Shown here piece by piece: positions 19,253 to 29,393 of a stretch of 64,000 bases of DNA (positions are counted from its first letter, which is position 1; each line of letters opens with the position of its first letter). The DNA lies in the IMG/VR virus record IMGVR_UViG_3300032309_003726; one strand, given 5' to 3'. Source of the stretch: an uncultured virus (IMG/VR IMGVR_UViG_3300032309_003726). Its lineage: Duplodnaviria; Heunggongvirae; Uroviricota; Caudoviricetes. Below the pieces are notes generated by a model that was given only the letters and a program-made list of their open reading frames with translations, ran no database searches and was not told the origin of the DNA. The position numbers were made by a program, and so were the translations under genes.

Positions 19253-19855
19253 TCATTTTGAAAATTTCTCGTTTAATATTTTTAACTTTGAAACAAAATT
19301 TGGAGACAAATTAATTTTGTGTTTTTCAAAATAACCATCATCTAAGCAATAGGCTTGTGTTTCATCGTACAAAACTTTTTTATGATAGCCTAATTTTAGT
19401 ATATGAGAAAAAACATTTTTTAATTGTTTTTTATTAGAATCAATCAAGTTATTTGTTTCTTCCCTATATTTTTTGTTTGTATAATACAAGGCGTGATTAA
19501 GTTCATGTTTTAAAACATCGTCGGTATTGGACCCTATCACATAAAAATTATCATTTCTATACTTTAAAAAACTTAATATTTTATGTTCGTTTTCAGTCAA
19601 TGGGTCAAAAAGACCTTCTTTGAACGGCTTTAAAACGCAACTTGGGAAATTAAATCCATGCCAATCAAATCGATATGTGTCGGCACCGTATTTTTCCGAG
19701 TACCATTTTTTTACCTGCCCCACGGTGAATATTTTGTCGGCCCAGTAGGGGTTCTCGTAAAATTCTTGAAATCTCATAAAAGAATCCGCTAACTCTTCTT
19801 GAGAATCTGCACTTATGAGAACAGCGTTGTGTTTTTGTTTTTTAATTTTTAACAT
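19253..19855 (-). CDS. hypothetical protein with HExxH motif
   Basis: FMRFQEFYE, W.GFNFP, KHELNHALY, DETQAY. Confidence 0.65.
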   Translation of the reverse strand: MLKIKKQKHNAVLISADSQEELADSFMRFQEFYENPYWADKIFTVGQVKKWYSEKYGADTYRFDWHGFNFPSCVLKPFKEGLFDPLTENEHKILSFLKYRNDNFYVIGSNTDDVLKHELNHALYYTNKKYREETNNLIDSNKKQLKNVFSHILKLGYHKKVLYDETQAYCLDDGYFEKHKINLSPNFVSKLKILNEKFSK

Positions 19856-20075
19856 TAAAAATCTTCAATGACAATTTATCTTAACAAATTAGTATGAACC
19901 ATCGTTAATATTTGTTGTGTTCCATAAGCGTATAATTTTGAAAAAATCAAAGAGTGAATTTGTAAAGTCGCACACAAAATGATTAATTATAATTTGAAAA
20001 AATTAAAAATTAAATACGCCAATATCAGAAGCACTGAGCATTCCAAGGCTATAGAAATTATAGCTTTTATCCAAT

Positions 20076-20825
20076 TCATGTCCATAGATGTTTTCTAACT
20101 TTTATCAAACGTAGCAACATGTCTGTTTCTTCTTGCTCTTGTTGCTCTTCAAGTTGATTAAGACTTTCAAAGGCTTGATTCTTTAATCCTGGGTCGGGAT
20201 TTTTGGTTTCGCAAATGTCGCTCCAACCACTTGCATCCATAGGATCTAAGCGATTAGGGTAATTTTTCCACCATTTATAAAGTTCTAAAATTTCTTTAGA
20301 GGATTCAGCCTGGGGTGTTGGCTTGCCATACGACTTGTCATCTTTATCAATTCCATAATCTTCTTCATTAAAAGTTAAATTACAAGCCCACTCTAAATAT
20401 TCAATTCCATCTTGTGGCGATCTTTCACGAAGACGCTTTTGTTTTTTGGATAACTGATTCATCCAAGCCAAATCTGATTCTACAAAATTAGCCAATTCAT
20501 TAAACAGACCGTGTAGAATTCTGTGATCTAAATCGTAATAAACCCCCGGCTTCAAACCGGTGTTCAAGCAATGAATTTTGTCTCGAAATCGATTGCGAAA
20601 ATAACAACGAACATTGTGAAAAACATCCCGAGGAAACAAAATAAAATCTTGAATTTTATTCAATAAAGTATCGGAAAGATAAAAACGAATTGGCCGTTTA
20701 GACCTCTGTTCGTTTCGCCAATCATCCCACTCTTCCAGAGTTAAAGCAAATGGTTTTGATTCTCCACGAACCCAATCAGCAAATTTGCTACATGTCCAAT
20801 GATGCGTGCGATTTCGATAAAACAT
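20076..20825 (-). CDS. conserved phage hypothetical protein
   Basis: WTCSKFADWVRG...EILELYKWW...LIKVRKHLWT. Confidence 0.7.
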   Translation of the reverse strand: MFYRNRTHHWTCSKFADWVRGESKPFALTLEEWDDWRNEQRSKRPIRFYLSDTLLNKIQDFILFPRDVFHNVRCYFRNRFRDKIHCLNTGLKPGVYYDLDHRILHGLFNELANFVESDLAWMNQLSKKQKRLRERSPQDGIEYLEWACNLTFNEEDYGIDKDDKSYGKPTPQAESSKEILELYKWWKNYPNRLDPMDASGWSDICETKNPDPGLKNQAFESLNQLEEQQEQEETDMLLRLIKVRKHLWT

Positions 20826-20826
20826 T

Positions 20827-21456
20827 TTATTTTTCTGGATTTTCTAAGATTTCTAAAATATTATACTTCGAAAATTGTTCAAAATCAATCCAACCAGCAA
20901 TTTTTAATTTTATGTAATTTTTAGAAGGTGACCACTCTTCAACAACGTCCTCTTTTAAATCTTTAAGATACTGGTGGGTTTTATACAAAAACCTTGAACC
21001 GACTTTTAAATTTTTTAAATTTTTTAAATCTATTTCTTCAATTTTTATATCATATTTTTTATTATTGTTTTTAAATTCTAAAATATTTTCGATACATTTA
21101 ATTGAATTACTAATTTTCGAAAAACTTCGATTGGCGTCTTTCGTTTTCTGGCCTATATTCTTTGATAAATCTGTGTAATCGCTTTTGTCACAGGTTTCTG
21201 TTTTTGTTTGTTTAATGTAATTTTGTTTTATTGATGAGTTCAAAATATATTCCTCCAAATTTTGATTTTTTTCTTCTAAATCAAGCAAAATTTTAGCAAT
21301 TACGTTGTCGAAAACCTGAGCCATTTGTTTGTACAAAAAATCACGTTCTTCCATGGTAATACCATAAAATTTGTCTTCGGGCGATCTTATCAGGTTGAAG
21401 TCATGTCTCCAAGTTAAACACATTGATTCAATAATTTGCTCACGATTTTTTTTCAT
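20827..21456 (-). CDS. hypothetical protein
   Basis: REQIIESMCLTWRHDF N-terminal domain. Confidence 0.6.
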   Translation of the reverse strand: MKKNREQIIESMCLTWRHDFNLIRSPEDKFYGITMEERDFLYKQMAQVFDNVIAKILLDLEEKNQNLEEYILNSSIKQNYIKQTKTETCDKSDYTDLSKNIGQKTKDANRSFSKISNSIKCIENILEFKNNNKKYDIKIEEIDLKNLKNLKVGSRFLYKTHQYLKDLKEDVVEEWSPSKNYIKLKIAGWIDFEQFSKYNILEILENPEK

Positions 21457-21725
21457 TTTTTTCTCCTTAAAGAAATTTGTTTTTTAATTCTAGATGGGTC
21501 TCTTTTTATAGTTTTGATTTTGATTTGTTTTTTATTAGAATCAAGAAATTTATTAAAAAAATTTGACAAACCCTGAAACTCTTTTTTGTTTAAACTTATA
21601 TTAACATAAGAAGTATCGTTCCAGTCTGTTTTTATCTTTAACAAAAAACAATGGTTAGAAACATTAGGATTGTAAAAAAGATCAAAAAAAGAACTCCCTG
21701 TTTCGAACGTGCTTTTGTTTAACAT
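21453..21725 (-). CDS. hypothetical protein
   Basis: 90-aa ORF in operon. Confidence 0.5.
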   Translation of the reverse strand: MLNKSTFETGSSFFDLFYNPNVSNHCFLLKIKTDWNDTSYVNISLNKKEFQGLSNFFNKFLDSNKKQIKIKTIKRDPSRIKKQISLRRKK

Positions 21726-21991
21726 TATATAAATTTTGGCTCTAAAGGGTCTGGTGAGGGCTTGATGATTCTAATTTTTTTCAAATGCTTTATAAGTTTA
21801 TCGAAACAATTTTCGCAAAAATCTATATCGTATTTTGATTCATCTTTTCTAGAAGCATAACCCCAATGTGCGACTAAGGAAGCATGTTCGTTTCCAACAT
21901 TTGCATCTTTACAAGAAGAACCACAAATGTCACAAATTATTTCATCGACTATTTTTACTTTTTTTATTTTTTCTATTTTCATTTTGCTCAC
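21725..21991 (-). CDS. small Zn-finger protein
   Basis: CDICG...WGY.S..D...CENCF. Confidence 0.6.
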   Translation of the reverse strand: MSKMKIEKIKKVKIVDEIICDICGSSCKDANVGNEHASLVAHWGYASRKDESKYDIDFCENCFDKLIKHLKKIRIIKPSPDPLEPKFI

Positions 21992-22128
21992 AAAAATTTT
22001 TTAACGATTCAAAAAATAAAAATCCCCAAAAAAAAACAGCAATAATAAAAACAAAAATGAGCAAAGGTAAGGAGATCAAAAAAACAAAATTATGCATAAT
22101 TCTATTTTAATAACAAAAATGTTTATAG

Positions 22129-22497
22129 TCAATCATTTAATTCAAAATCGGGTTGTGGTTTTTTTAATTGTATTTTTTTGAGTTTATTTAAATCGGACTT
22201 CTTAATTGCTTCTTTTACCGCACGAACACAAATTTTTGCTTGTTTCAAATTGTCGGCAGATCCTATATCAACAAGTTCTTGGGGAGAGTGTAAAACTCTA
22301 TAACTATAAAATGGACCCTCTTGAGAGGCCAGCAATCCATTTTCGTTATAAGTATCTATAAATTGCTTTGGAACTTGAAAACAACCAAAACAAATTTTTG
22401 GATAACAATTTCCATCCACAAAAGGCTTATTTTTGTGGCTAAGAACGATTAAGTCCATGTATTGACCACATATACAACATTGATTGTTTTTAGACAT
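22129..22497 (-). CDS. Cys-containing hypothetical protein (start revised)
   Basis: MSKNNQCCICG...CFGC; longer start overlaps the GNAT gene. Confidence 0.55.
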   Translation of the reverse strand: MSKNNQCCICGQYMDLIVLSHKNKPFVDGNCYPKICFGCFQVPKQFIDTYNENGLLASQEGPFYSYRVLHSPQELVDIGSADNLKQAKICVRAVKEAIKKSDLNKLKKIQLKKPQPDFELND

Positions 22498-22951
22498 TTT
22501 TTCTAACCATATAGTGTGCGGAGGTGTTATAATAGTCAATTTCTTGAACAACAAAAAATCCGAATTTTTCCCAAAAATTGCTCGAACCCATAACAGCAAC
22601 AAGTGAAAAATCATTTAAAAATTTTTTGAATAAAATATTTAAAAAACCATTGGCAACGCCTTTTTTTCTAAATTGAGGATTCACGCAAAGATCATGGATA
22701 TAATGACAATTTGGGTCATTTTGTGGTTTATAAAATTTATTTAAAGGCTCCACAAAGTTGATAATAGAAGGAAAACTAATCACGTATCCAACTATTTGTT
22801 TTTCAATTTCGGCAACCAAACAACCTTCTGGAAAACCCTCAATTTTAGAACTAAAAGATTCAAATGATTCAAAGTAATTTTCAGGGTAAACACTGTCTGC
22901 TAGCAAATTAATTTGACGCAGGTCTGGTTTGTTAATTTCTCTTAAAATCAT
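22490..22951 (-). CDS. GNAT family N-acetyltransferase
   Basis: YIHDLCVNPQFRKKGVA acetyl-CoA motif, FWEKFGF. Confidence 0.85.
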   Translation of the reverse strand: MILREINKPDLRQINLLADSVYPENYFESFESFSSKIEGFPEGCLVAEIEKQIVGYVISFPSIINFVEPLNKFYKPQNDPNCHYIHDLCVNPQFRKKGVANGFLNILFKKFLNDFSLVAVMGSSNFWEKFGFFVVQEIDYYNTSAHYMVRKNV

Positions 22952-23459
22952 CAAGACTCCCAGCGTTAGCGTCTTTTTCCGACAGGATATATTCTTCTGC
23001 GTGCGGCCATTCAATTGAAAAAAAAGAATCTTTCCAATTTATTTCTTTTTCAATACTAGGAGTATATGGGAAATCTTGTTGATACAACAAGATTGTATCG
23101 TCTTGCGCTGAGTAAAAACCATGAGCACATCCGGCAGGGACATAAACTTGTTTGTTTGAATTTTCATCTAACCAAACGCCAAACCAATTACCGAAAGTAT
23201 CGGAATTTTTTCTACAATCTGCAACAACATCAAATAATTTTCCACGAATACAAGTACAAAGTTTGCTAAAGGGTGCAGAGTGTAGTCCCCTCACAACGTG
23301 TTTTTTGGAACAACTTATGTTTATTTGTGCTGGACGCCAACACTCTGTGGTGTATTTGTACACAGAGAATGTTTCTTGAAAGAATCCACGATTATCTTCG
23401 TGTTTTTCTATTTCTAGAATAAAGGCATCTTTGATTTCTTTAATGAGTGTTTTTTTCAT
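22932..23459 (-). CDS. rfbC: dTDP-4-dehydrorhamnose 3,5-epimerase
   Basis: DNRGFFQE, VVRGLH, DVVADCR..S.TFG.W, VPAGCAHGF, ILSEKD. Confidence 0.92.
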   Translation of the reverse strand: MKKTLIKEIKDAFILEIEKHEDNRGFFQETFSVYKYTTECWRPAQINISCSKKHVVRGLHSAPFSKLCTCIRGKLFDVVADCRKNSDTFGNWFGVWLDENSNKQVYVPAGCAHGFYSAQDDTILLYQQDFPYTPSIEKEINWKDSFFSIEWPHAEEYILSEKDANAGSLDDFKRN

Positions 23460-23546
23460 ATGAAACATAAATAAGTTAATAACAAAAACTATTTTAACTT
23501 TTTTTGAGTTAAAAAACAATAACCCCCGAATAGATTCAAGGCAAAT

Positions 23547-24188
23547 ATGATGAATTCAAATAAAAATTATTCTTTTGCAAACTTCTTGAAATTAAAAGAA
23601 CAAAAATTAATTTCCCCAATGAAGTTACTAGCAGATGTGGAGGTCAGTGAGGGTTTAAAATATCACCTAGACAACAATTTGTCATTGTGCGAAAACGTAT
23701 TTCGAATTTATAGCAAAGCATATTTTGATCTAATCAATGAAACTAGAGATCTTTATAATAAAAATTTAATAGAAGTCAACGATCAAGACGCAGATCTGTT
23801 GGAAACAGATATTGGTGAGGTGATTGAACACAATGGGAAAACAATCTATTTAGATGCTCCATTTTTAGACAAATCAAGAAATTTAAACGAATCTAAAAAG
23901 TCCAAAAAGAAGAACCCACCTTTAAATAAACCAATGAGAACCCCTGGTGGTCCAAAGAAGTTTAAAGTTTATGTAAAAACACCGAGTGGCAGAATCAAAA
24001 TGGTTCGATTTGGAGATTCAAAAGCATCGGGACTAAGTATTAAAAATGATAGCCCCGCTCGTGCAAAGAGTTTTAGAGCAAGACACAAATGTCACGAAAA
24101 GAAAGATCGCACCACACCCGGATACTGGTCGTGCAACGTGGCACGATATGCCAAATCTTTAGGTCTTAAGAGTAATCGCCCTTGGTAA
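23547..24188 (+). CDS. DUF6321-like phage protein
   Basis: LNKPMRTPGGPKKFKVYVK...VRFGD...SFRARHKC...GYWSC. Confidence 0.75.
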   Translation: MMNSNKNYSFANFLKLKEQKLISPMKLLADVEVSEGLKYHLDNNLSLCENVFRIYSKAYFDLINETRDLYNKNLIEVNDQDADLLETDIGEVIEHNGKTIYLDAPFLDKSRNLNESKKSKKKNPPLNKPMRTPGGPKKFKVYVKTPSGRIKMVRFGDSKASGLSIKNDSPARAKSFRARHKCHEKKDRTTPGYWSCNVARYAKSLGLKSNRPW

Positions 24189-24190
24189 AT

Positions 24191-24676
24191 TCAAAGATTC
24201 ATTTTACTTGCTGTTGCAAGGGCTTTAATATAGTCCAAATATTGATAATTGAAAGAATTATAAACTTGCCTTATCTCCGATTGTTGAACACTCGGTTCTG
24301 GATGTGCTGTGCCACGCATAGAATCTTCTTGATCTTTTTTTATTTTAGATAAAAAATCATCATGATCCTTTTCTGTTTGTAGTTTTATGATGGCATCAAA
24401 GAGTTTTTGTTCTTGTTGTGGCGTAAACTCCGAACCCCAATTTTTTTTGAATCTGTGAACGCTAGAAACTCTTTTCATGGCGTCTAATCTTGCCTGTTGA
24501 TTTTGAGACACTGATTGTGTCATGGCCGACTGTGGACCAGATGGGGGAGCCGCTTGAGCATTGGCCATAGGCAACAAAGAAGCGGCACCAAGAGCAAAAG
24601 AACCCAAGGTTCTTCGCCAATTTTCATCCAATGATTCTGGGTGGTTTTTAACCAACCACTCTTCAAAAGTTTGCAT
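24191..24676 (-). CDS. hypothetical protein with capsid-targeting-like N-terminus followed by a hydrophobic segment
   Basis: MQTFEEWL...LDENWRRTLGSFALGAASLL. Confidence 0.65.
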   Translation of the reverse strand: MQTFEEWLVKNHPESLDENWRRTLGSFALGAASLLPMANAQAAPPSGPQSAMTQSVSQNQQARLDAMKRVSSVHRFKKNWGSEFTPQQEQKLFDAIIKLQTEKDHDDFLSKIKKDQEDSMRGTAHPEPSVQQSEIRQVYNSFNYQYLDYIKALATASKMNL

Positions 24677-24831
24677 AATAGTATATACGGTTCATTTCGT
24701 TATCTCGTATTTGAGAAATGGTGAAAACCAAATAGTCATCGATTTACGCAACCTCTTAAATTCTGGCACCATTCTTCTTCGATTTACAAATTAAAAGGCA
24801 GCGAAAATGAACCAATCAATATATATATTGT

Positions 24832-25095
24832 ATGAAAATGCCCTTTCAAGAAAAAAAAATATCAAAAAAAGAATATGTAAGAACATTTTCTGAAGGAACT
24901 GAGTCTCATGAACTAAAATGGCACAAAGACAACGAAGATAGAACCGTTATTCCTTTATCAAAAACAAACTGGCTTTTTCAAAGAGACAATCAGTTACCGG
25001 AAGAAATAAAAGGACAAATACACATAAAAGCCAATGAATGGCACCGAATAATCAAAGGAACAGGGGACTTGGTAGTTAAGGTAACAAAACACTAG
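24832..25095 (+). CDS. cupin-like phage protein
   Basis: ELKWHKDNEDR...W.FQRDN.LP...WHRIIKG.GDL. Confidence 0.7.
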   Translation: MKMPFQEKKISKKEYVRTFSEGTESHELKWHKDNEDRTVIPLSKTNWLFQRDNQLPEEIKGQIHIKANEWHRIIKGTGDLVVKVTKH

Positions 25096-25102
25096 AGGAT
25101 TT

Positions 25103-25321
25103 ATGGAAAACTATTTATTAATCACCGCTATTGCAGTAAGTTTGTTGGGTTTGGGTTGTTTGGGAAGATACTTTTATCTAACTCGCAAAGCCAAAGAACA
25201 AAAACCCTTTACCGTAATAGCCTTGAGTTTTTTAGCAATTTGGTTTTTTGGCGGGTCGGCACTCATGGTTATCGGAACAATAATTTTTACACTAATGTTT
25301 TGGCACTGGATGTTCGGATGA
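25103..25321 (+). CDS. small two-TM membrane protein
   Basis: Two hydrophobic helices; GAGG RBS; TGA overlaps the next ATG. Confidence 0.6.
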   Translation: MENYLLITAIAVSLLGLGCLGRYFYLTRKAKEQKPFTVIALSFLAIWFFGGSALMVIGTIIFTLMFWHWMFG

Positions 25322-26802
25322 AATTTAAAGAATGGCTACAATTAGACGAGGCAAAAGACGCTTGTTACCACAAGGTAAAAAGCAGATACTCTGTTTGGCC
25401 TTCAGCTTATGCCTGTGTTCCAGTAGAGACTTCCAAAGCTCTTACAAGAGAGGGCTGGAAGACACACGAACAGCTTCAAATTGGAGAAGAAATTCTAACA
25501 TTTAATCTTGAAAAAGACAGCCTTGAGTTTAAGCCAATATTAAATTTGTTTAATTACAAAGATGCTGAAACTTATGTGATTAAAAATGGCAATACTGGTT
25601 GGAAATTTGAATGCACTCCAAATCATAAATGGGTTGTAAAATACCCTAAATGCAAAGGCAACAGAGGAAGAAAAAGACACACCGACCTTGTAAATGATAT
25701 GAGGTTATTAACAACTGAAGAAATTGTATCGGGATCTGGAAGCAACAGAGCGTTGGTCATAAGTTCAAAATACCATGGGGGTAATCCAATCAGCTTAGAT
25801 AAAATTTATAAATATCAAACAAATTGGATTGAGTATCTTTTGAATTGCTCGCCAGAGCAACGTGAAAGTTGGCTTTATAGTGCCATAGTTTATGATGGAA
25901 ATCAAATCAAAACACAAAGATTAACTGTGCAGAAGAATGAGAGTAATCATGAATACATGTATGGTTCACCACATGGAAAACAATCTTTCGGATTTAAACA
26001 AAAAGATATAAATCACAGGGATGCATTCCTAATATCTGCTTTTCTAAATAAGGGATTGGTAACATTTAAAAAACACAAAACTACCAACGTTTATGGTTGC
26101 CATTATGTTGCTTATAATGGCACCAAACATTTAGAAAATTTTAAATTAATAGAAAAAAGAAAAGCGGATGTTTGGTGTCCTCAAACAGAGAACGGCACTT
26201 GGGTCATGATGCAGGAAACGGATGGCAACGGGCTGATTACTATAACTGGCAACTCGGGGGCGCTTGTAAAGTGCCGCAAAGTTGGTGCTAAAAATTGGGG
26301 TAATTCTAAAAAGAAAAAAAAGCACATGCAAGAACAAGTTTTTCATCTTGACGAAAAACTAAAAGAACCAAAGCAATACAGCGATGCCATGAGCGTTGCT
26401 ATGGCTTTAATGTATCAAGGCATGGATGCATCTCAAATGTCTAGCGAACAAATAATTCAAGCAATGCAATCTTTAGGAAAACAAATACCTGAGGGTGTGG
26501 GGCCAGAGTTGTTCGCAGCAAGAATACGATCTGTGGCGAAGGGAACCGTAAAACCTGAAGACTTCAGAGAAGGAACATTTGATTTAGAAAAGAAAAAAGG
26601 TTTACATGGTTGGTTTTCTAGAAAAACAGGAGGTTGGATAGATTGCAAAACTAGCCGCAAAGGTCATTTGGTTCCCTGTGGCAGAAAAACGGCGGGAAAA
26701 GGAGCCGAAAGAAGTTATCCGGCATGCAGACCAACTCTATCTGCCTGCAACAAAAAGGGAACAAAACGTAAAAAGAGCAGCAAGCCAATAAGTTGGAAGT
26801 AG
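25318..26802 (+). CDS. intein-containing basic, Cys-rich phage protein (DUF5872-like exteins); start revised to 25318
   Basis: MKFKEWLQLDE...WPSAYA|intein|SGALVKCRK...GLHGWF...PCGR...YPACRP. Confidence 0.8.
   Translation: MKFKEWLQLDEAKDACYHKVKSRYSVWPSAYACVPVETSKALTREGWKTHEQLQIGEEILTFNLEKDSLEFKPILNLFNYKDAETYVIKNGNTGWKFECTPNHKWVVKYPKCKGNRGRKRHTDLVNDMRLLTTEEIVSGSGSNRALVISSKYHGGNPISLDKIYKYQTNWIEYLLNCSPEQRESWLYSAIVYDGNQIKTQRLTVQKNESNHEYMYGSPHGKQSFGFKQKDINHRDAFLISAFLNKGLVTFKKHKTTNVYGCHYVAYNGTKHLENFKLIEKRKADVWCPQTENGTWVMMQETDGNGLITITGNSGALVKCRKVGAKNWGNSKKKKKHMQEQVFHLDEKLKEPKQYSDAMSVAMALMYQGMDASQMSSEQIIQAMQSLGKQIPEGVGPELFAARIRSVAKGTVKPEDFREGTFDLEKKKGLHGWFSRKTGGWIDCKTSRKGHLVPCGRKTAGKGAERSYPACRPTLSACNKKGTKRKKSSKPISWK
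25414..26253 (+). mobile_element. intein (280 aa) with degenerate LAGLIDADG-like core
   Basis: C1 (CVPVETSKALTREGW), block B TPNHKWVV, SAIVYDG, VWCPQTENGTW, terminal TGN followed by Ser+1. Confidence 0.88.
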
Positions 26803-26834
26803 TTTACAAAAAATTATAATTCCACTAAAATGCT

Positions 26835-27899
26835 ATGATGTTATCAAACATTTTAGCAATAATCGCATCAGGGTTTGGGGCTTGGGCTGTTTTTAAGTAT
26901 TTGATATTGATAGAAATAAGGATAGAAGAAAACACATTTAAAACTTTATTTGATTTGTTTAAAAATCAAAGACAAATAGTTTTAAGTGAAGAATTTGTCT
27001 CTGACGAGCGGCATCCAATTGAATATTCTTCATTTTGTTTCTTTCGAGGAATTCCTTGGTTCTACATATACCACAACGAACGATTGATGCAGGCTGGTTT
27101 TAGTAGCAAGGATTACATAACAACAATATATTGCCTACGATGGCAATATAAGAATATTAAAAAATTCCTAAAAGAAAAACTAAAACAACTACAATTAACT
27201 AACTTCGGTATCCCCGTTGAATTGATGATGCCATATGGCGTTGATAAGATAGGATCTTTAAAAGAAACACCGCCACCACCAATAGTAAATGAATTTCTTT
27301 GGAAAGATTTTGAAAAAGAAGTTATAGAAGTTGTTGCTGGTGATAGAAAAAAAACATCGGCACTTTTATATGGTCCTCCAGGAAACGGAAAAACTTCTTT
27401 AGTAAAATATCTGGCAACAACATACAGGTTGCCAATCATGATATTTACCTTAAACCCCGACTGGACTAATCATGATTTACTCTTATTGTTTTCACAAATT
27501 CCAAAAAAATGCATAGTGTTATTTGAAGATTTTGATAATTATTTTGATGGACGAAAATGTATACTTGGAGGAGGAGAAAACAAACAAATCAAGTTTACAT
27601 TTGATATCATACTAAACGGGTTGGATGGTGTGTACAACACATATGAAAATGTTGTTTTTATTATGACGGTGAACGACATAAACAAAGTAGATGATGCACT
27701 TAAAAATCGCCCAAGTCGTTTTAAATTCACAAGGCACTTTGACAATCCCAACATTGAAATAAGAAAAAAAATATTACCCGAGGATTGGGTTCAAGAAACA
27801 AATGGTTATAATTTAGATCAAATATTTCGATTAAAAGAATACTATGATAATGGAAAAGATTTAAATAAGTCTAAATTATTATTAAACAAAGAGGCATAA
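26835..27899 (+). CDS. BCS1-like AAA+ ATPase with N-terminal TM
   Basis: GPPGNGKT Walker A, VLFEDFD Walker B, LNGLDG, ALKNRPSRF. Confidence 0.85.
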   Translation: MMLSNILAIIASGFGAWAVFKYLILIEIRIEENTFKTLFDLFKNQRQIVLSEEFVSDERHPIEYSSFCFFRGIPWFYIYHNERLMQAGFSSKDYITTIYCLRWQYKNIKKFLKEKLKQLQLTNFGIPVELMMPYGVDKIGSLKETPPPPIVNEFLWKDFEKEVIEVVAGDRKKTSALLYGPPGNGKTSLVKYLATTYRLPIMIFTLNPDWTNHDLLLLFSQIPKKCIVLFEDFDNYFDGRKCILGGGENKQIKFTFDIILNGLDGVYNTYENVVFIMTVNDINKVDDALKNRPSRFKFTRHFDNPNIEIRKKILPEDWVQETNGYNLDQIFRLKEYYDNGKDLNKSKLLLNKEA

Positions 27900-28168
27900 T
27901 GGTGGTTTTTAGTGCTTTAAGAAAAACCGACTGCACCGTAAGGGTGATGTATCGAGTAAGATATTGGCGATGTAGGAGTCATGTTGGAAATGATGGATTA
28001 TTAATTGGTGGAAGCCCTGAGTATTTTTATTGCGGAGATTTTCCTTGTATAGGTGGGCAGGTCGATGCTGATAGCCCTTGTGGCGGAGGCTCAGGTGTTA
28101 CACGTGGTTGCAGTTGCGGGGGAACTACACGGGGCGGTTGGCTTTTTTGGGCCGATTCTAGTTGCTGA
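27899..28168 (+). CDS. Cys/Gly-rich small protein
   Basis: 89 aa, 8 Cys; ATG overlaps the AAA stop (TAATG). Confidence 0.55.
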   Translation: MVVFSALRKTDCTVRVMYRVRYWRCRSHVGNDGLLIGGSPEYFYCGDFPCIGGQVDADSPCGGGSGVTRGCSCGGTTRGGWLFWADSSC

Positions 28169-29390
28169 AGACGATATTAAATTTATTTAAAATTGTTCTC
28201 AACTTCAATTCCTCATCAGATTTTAGTGATTTATTTAAAGAAACGAAAACATCTGACGAGTCAAATGTAACTTGATCTATACAATCCGAAAACTCCAGTT
28301 CTGTTATCTGCTTTTTAATGTCATTTAATTTATTTGAGCCTTTTATATCAAAGGGTCTATTTTCAATCATTTGAAATTTTCTAAATAGTCTACCACAATC
28401 GCACCTATCATAATCTTTGTTAATTGAACACAAGTCTCCATTCCAATAATTAACAAAAGGTGAAAAAATTGAAAAGTAGTCTGTGGAGATCATCTTTTTA
28501 TCAACTTCTTCAACAAAACTTAAATTGTCCATTAGGTGATAAGTTCCATGTTGGCAAGTAAAAAAAGTTGCACCGCCATCCCAGCACCTCATGTGATCGC
28601 AAAAATTATCAATATAATTGTTGTTTAATAAAAAATCTTTATCCTCAGATATAAGAAATTGACCAGTGTGGCTTATAAGATTGGACAATTTTTGTTTGAA
28701 TCCGTATTTTTTTATATAAAAAATTAAACCATGAAGTACCGGAGAGTTTGTAAGAATTACATCAAATTTAATTTTATTAAATAAATCAAATAAATTTTTG
28801 TGCCAAACATCGGGATTTTTTGTATAACTTTCAAAATTTATAAAAAATCTATTAGAATTTAAAGACTTATGCGTGTGCATGGCATAAGGATGCCCCTGAT
28901 CGTCTTGAAGATAAAAATCATCAAATTTAGGATTGTAAGGAAGACTACTTAGAATTAAAATGTTTAATTTGTTGTTAATTGACCTGTCTATGTTGTATTC
29001 ATCTAAAATCATTCCATATTGACTTTTATCTTCTATAAAATCAATATATTTTTTCCAAACATAATAAGAAAAACTTTGGCCGGTTGTACTGCCACTTGTT
29101 TGAAAATTCTCCAGTTCGTTTATATGGTTTGTGTAAACCCAACGCCTCACTGTTTGGAGGTCACCCCTAGTATAAATCTTATTGCCTTCAAAACTAGAAT
29201 AAACTTTGCTGTTTTTTTTAGCAAAATCCACAACGTTATTTTTCATTTTATCAACGATAGAATGAACTAATTTTTCGTTCAAGAAAAGCAAATCTGTGCA
29301 TATGGTGGATGCATATTTTTCAACCAACTCAGGCCCAGTTTCTGTTGAGTTTAAGAATTTTTCCGCTTCGTATATTAGTTTGCCAATCAT
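28158..29390 (-). CDS. phenylacetate-CoA ligase/CapK-like adenylate-forming protein
   Basis: QTSGSTTG P-loop, YWNGD, CDCGR. Confidence 0.7.
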   Translation of the reverse strand: MIGKLIYEAEKFLNSTETGPELVEKYASTICTDLLFLNEKLVHSIVDKMKNNVVDFAKKNSKVYSSFEGNKIYTRGDLQTVRRWVYTNHINELENFQTSGSTTGQSFSYYVWKKYIDFIEDKSQYGMILDEYNIDRSINNKLNILILSSLPYNPKFDDFYLQDDQGHPYAMHTHKSLNSNRFFINFESYTKNPDVWHKNLFDLFNKIKFDVILTNSPVLHGLIFYIKKYGFKQKLSNLISHTGQFLISEDKDFLLNNNYIDNFCDHMRCWDGGATFFTCQHGTYHLMDNLSFVEEVDKKMISTDYFSIFSPFVNYWNGDLCSINKDYDRCDCGRLFRKFQMIENRPFDIKGSNKLNDIKKQITELEFSDCIDQVTFDSSDVFVSLNKSLKSDEELKLRTILNKFNIVFSN

Positions 29391-29393
29391 TTT

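Noticed and set aside
25156..25317. N-terminal extension of the intein-containing ORF
   Set aside because: It overlaps the 25103-25321 membrane-protein gene; ATG 25318 gives an ATGA junction and the shared leader motif
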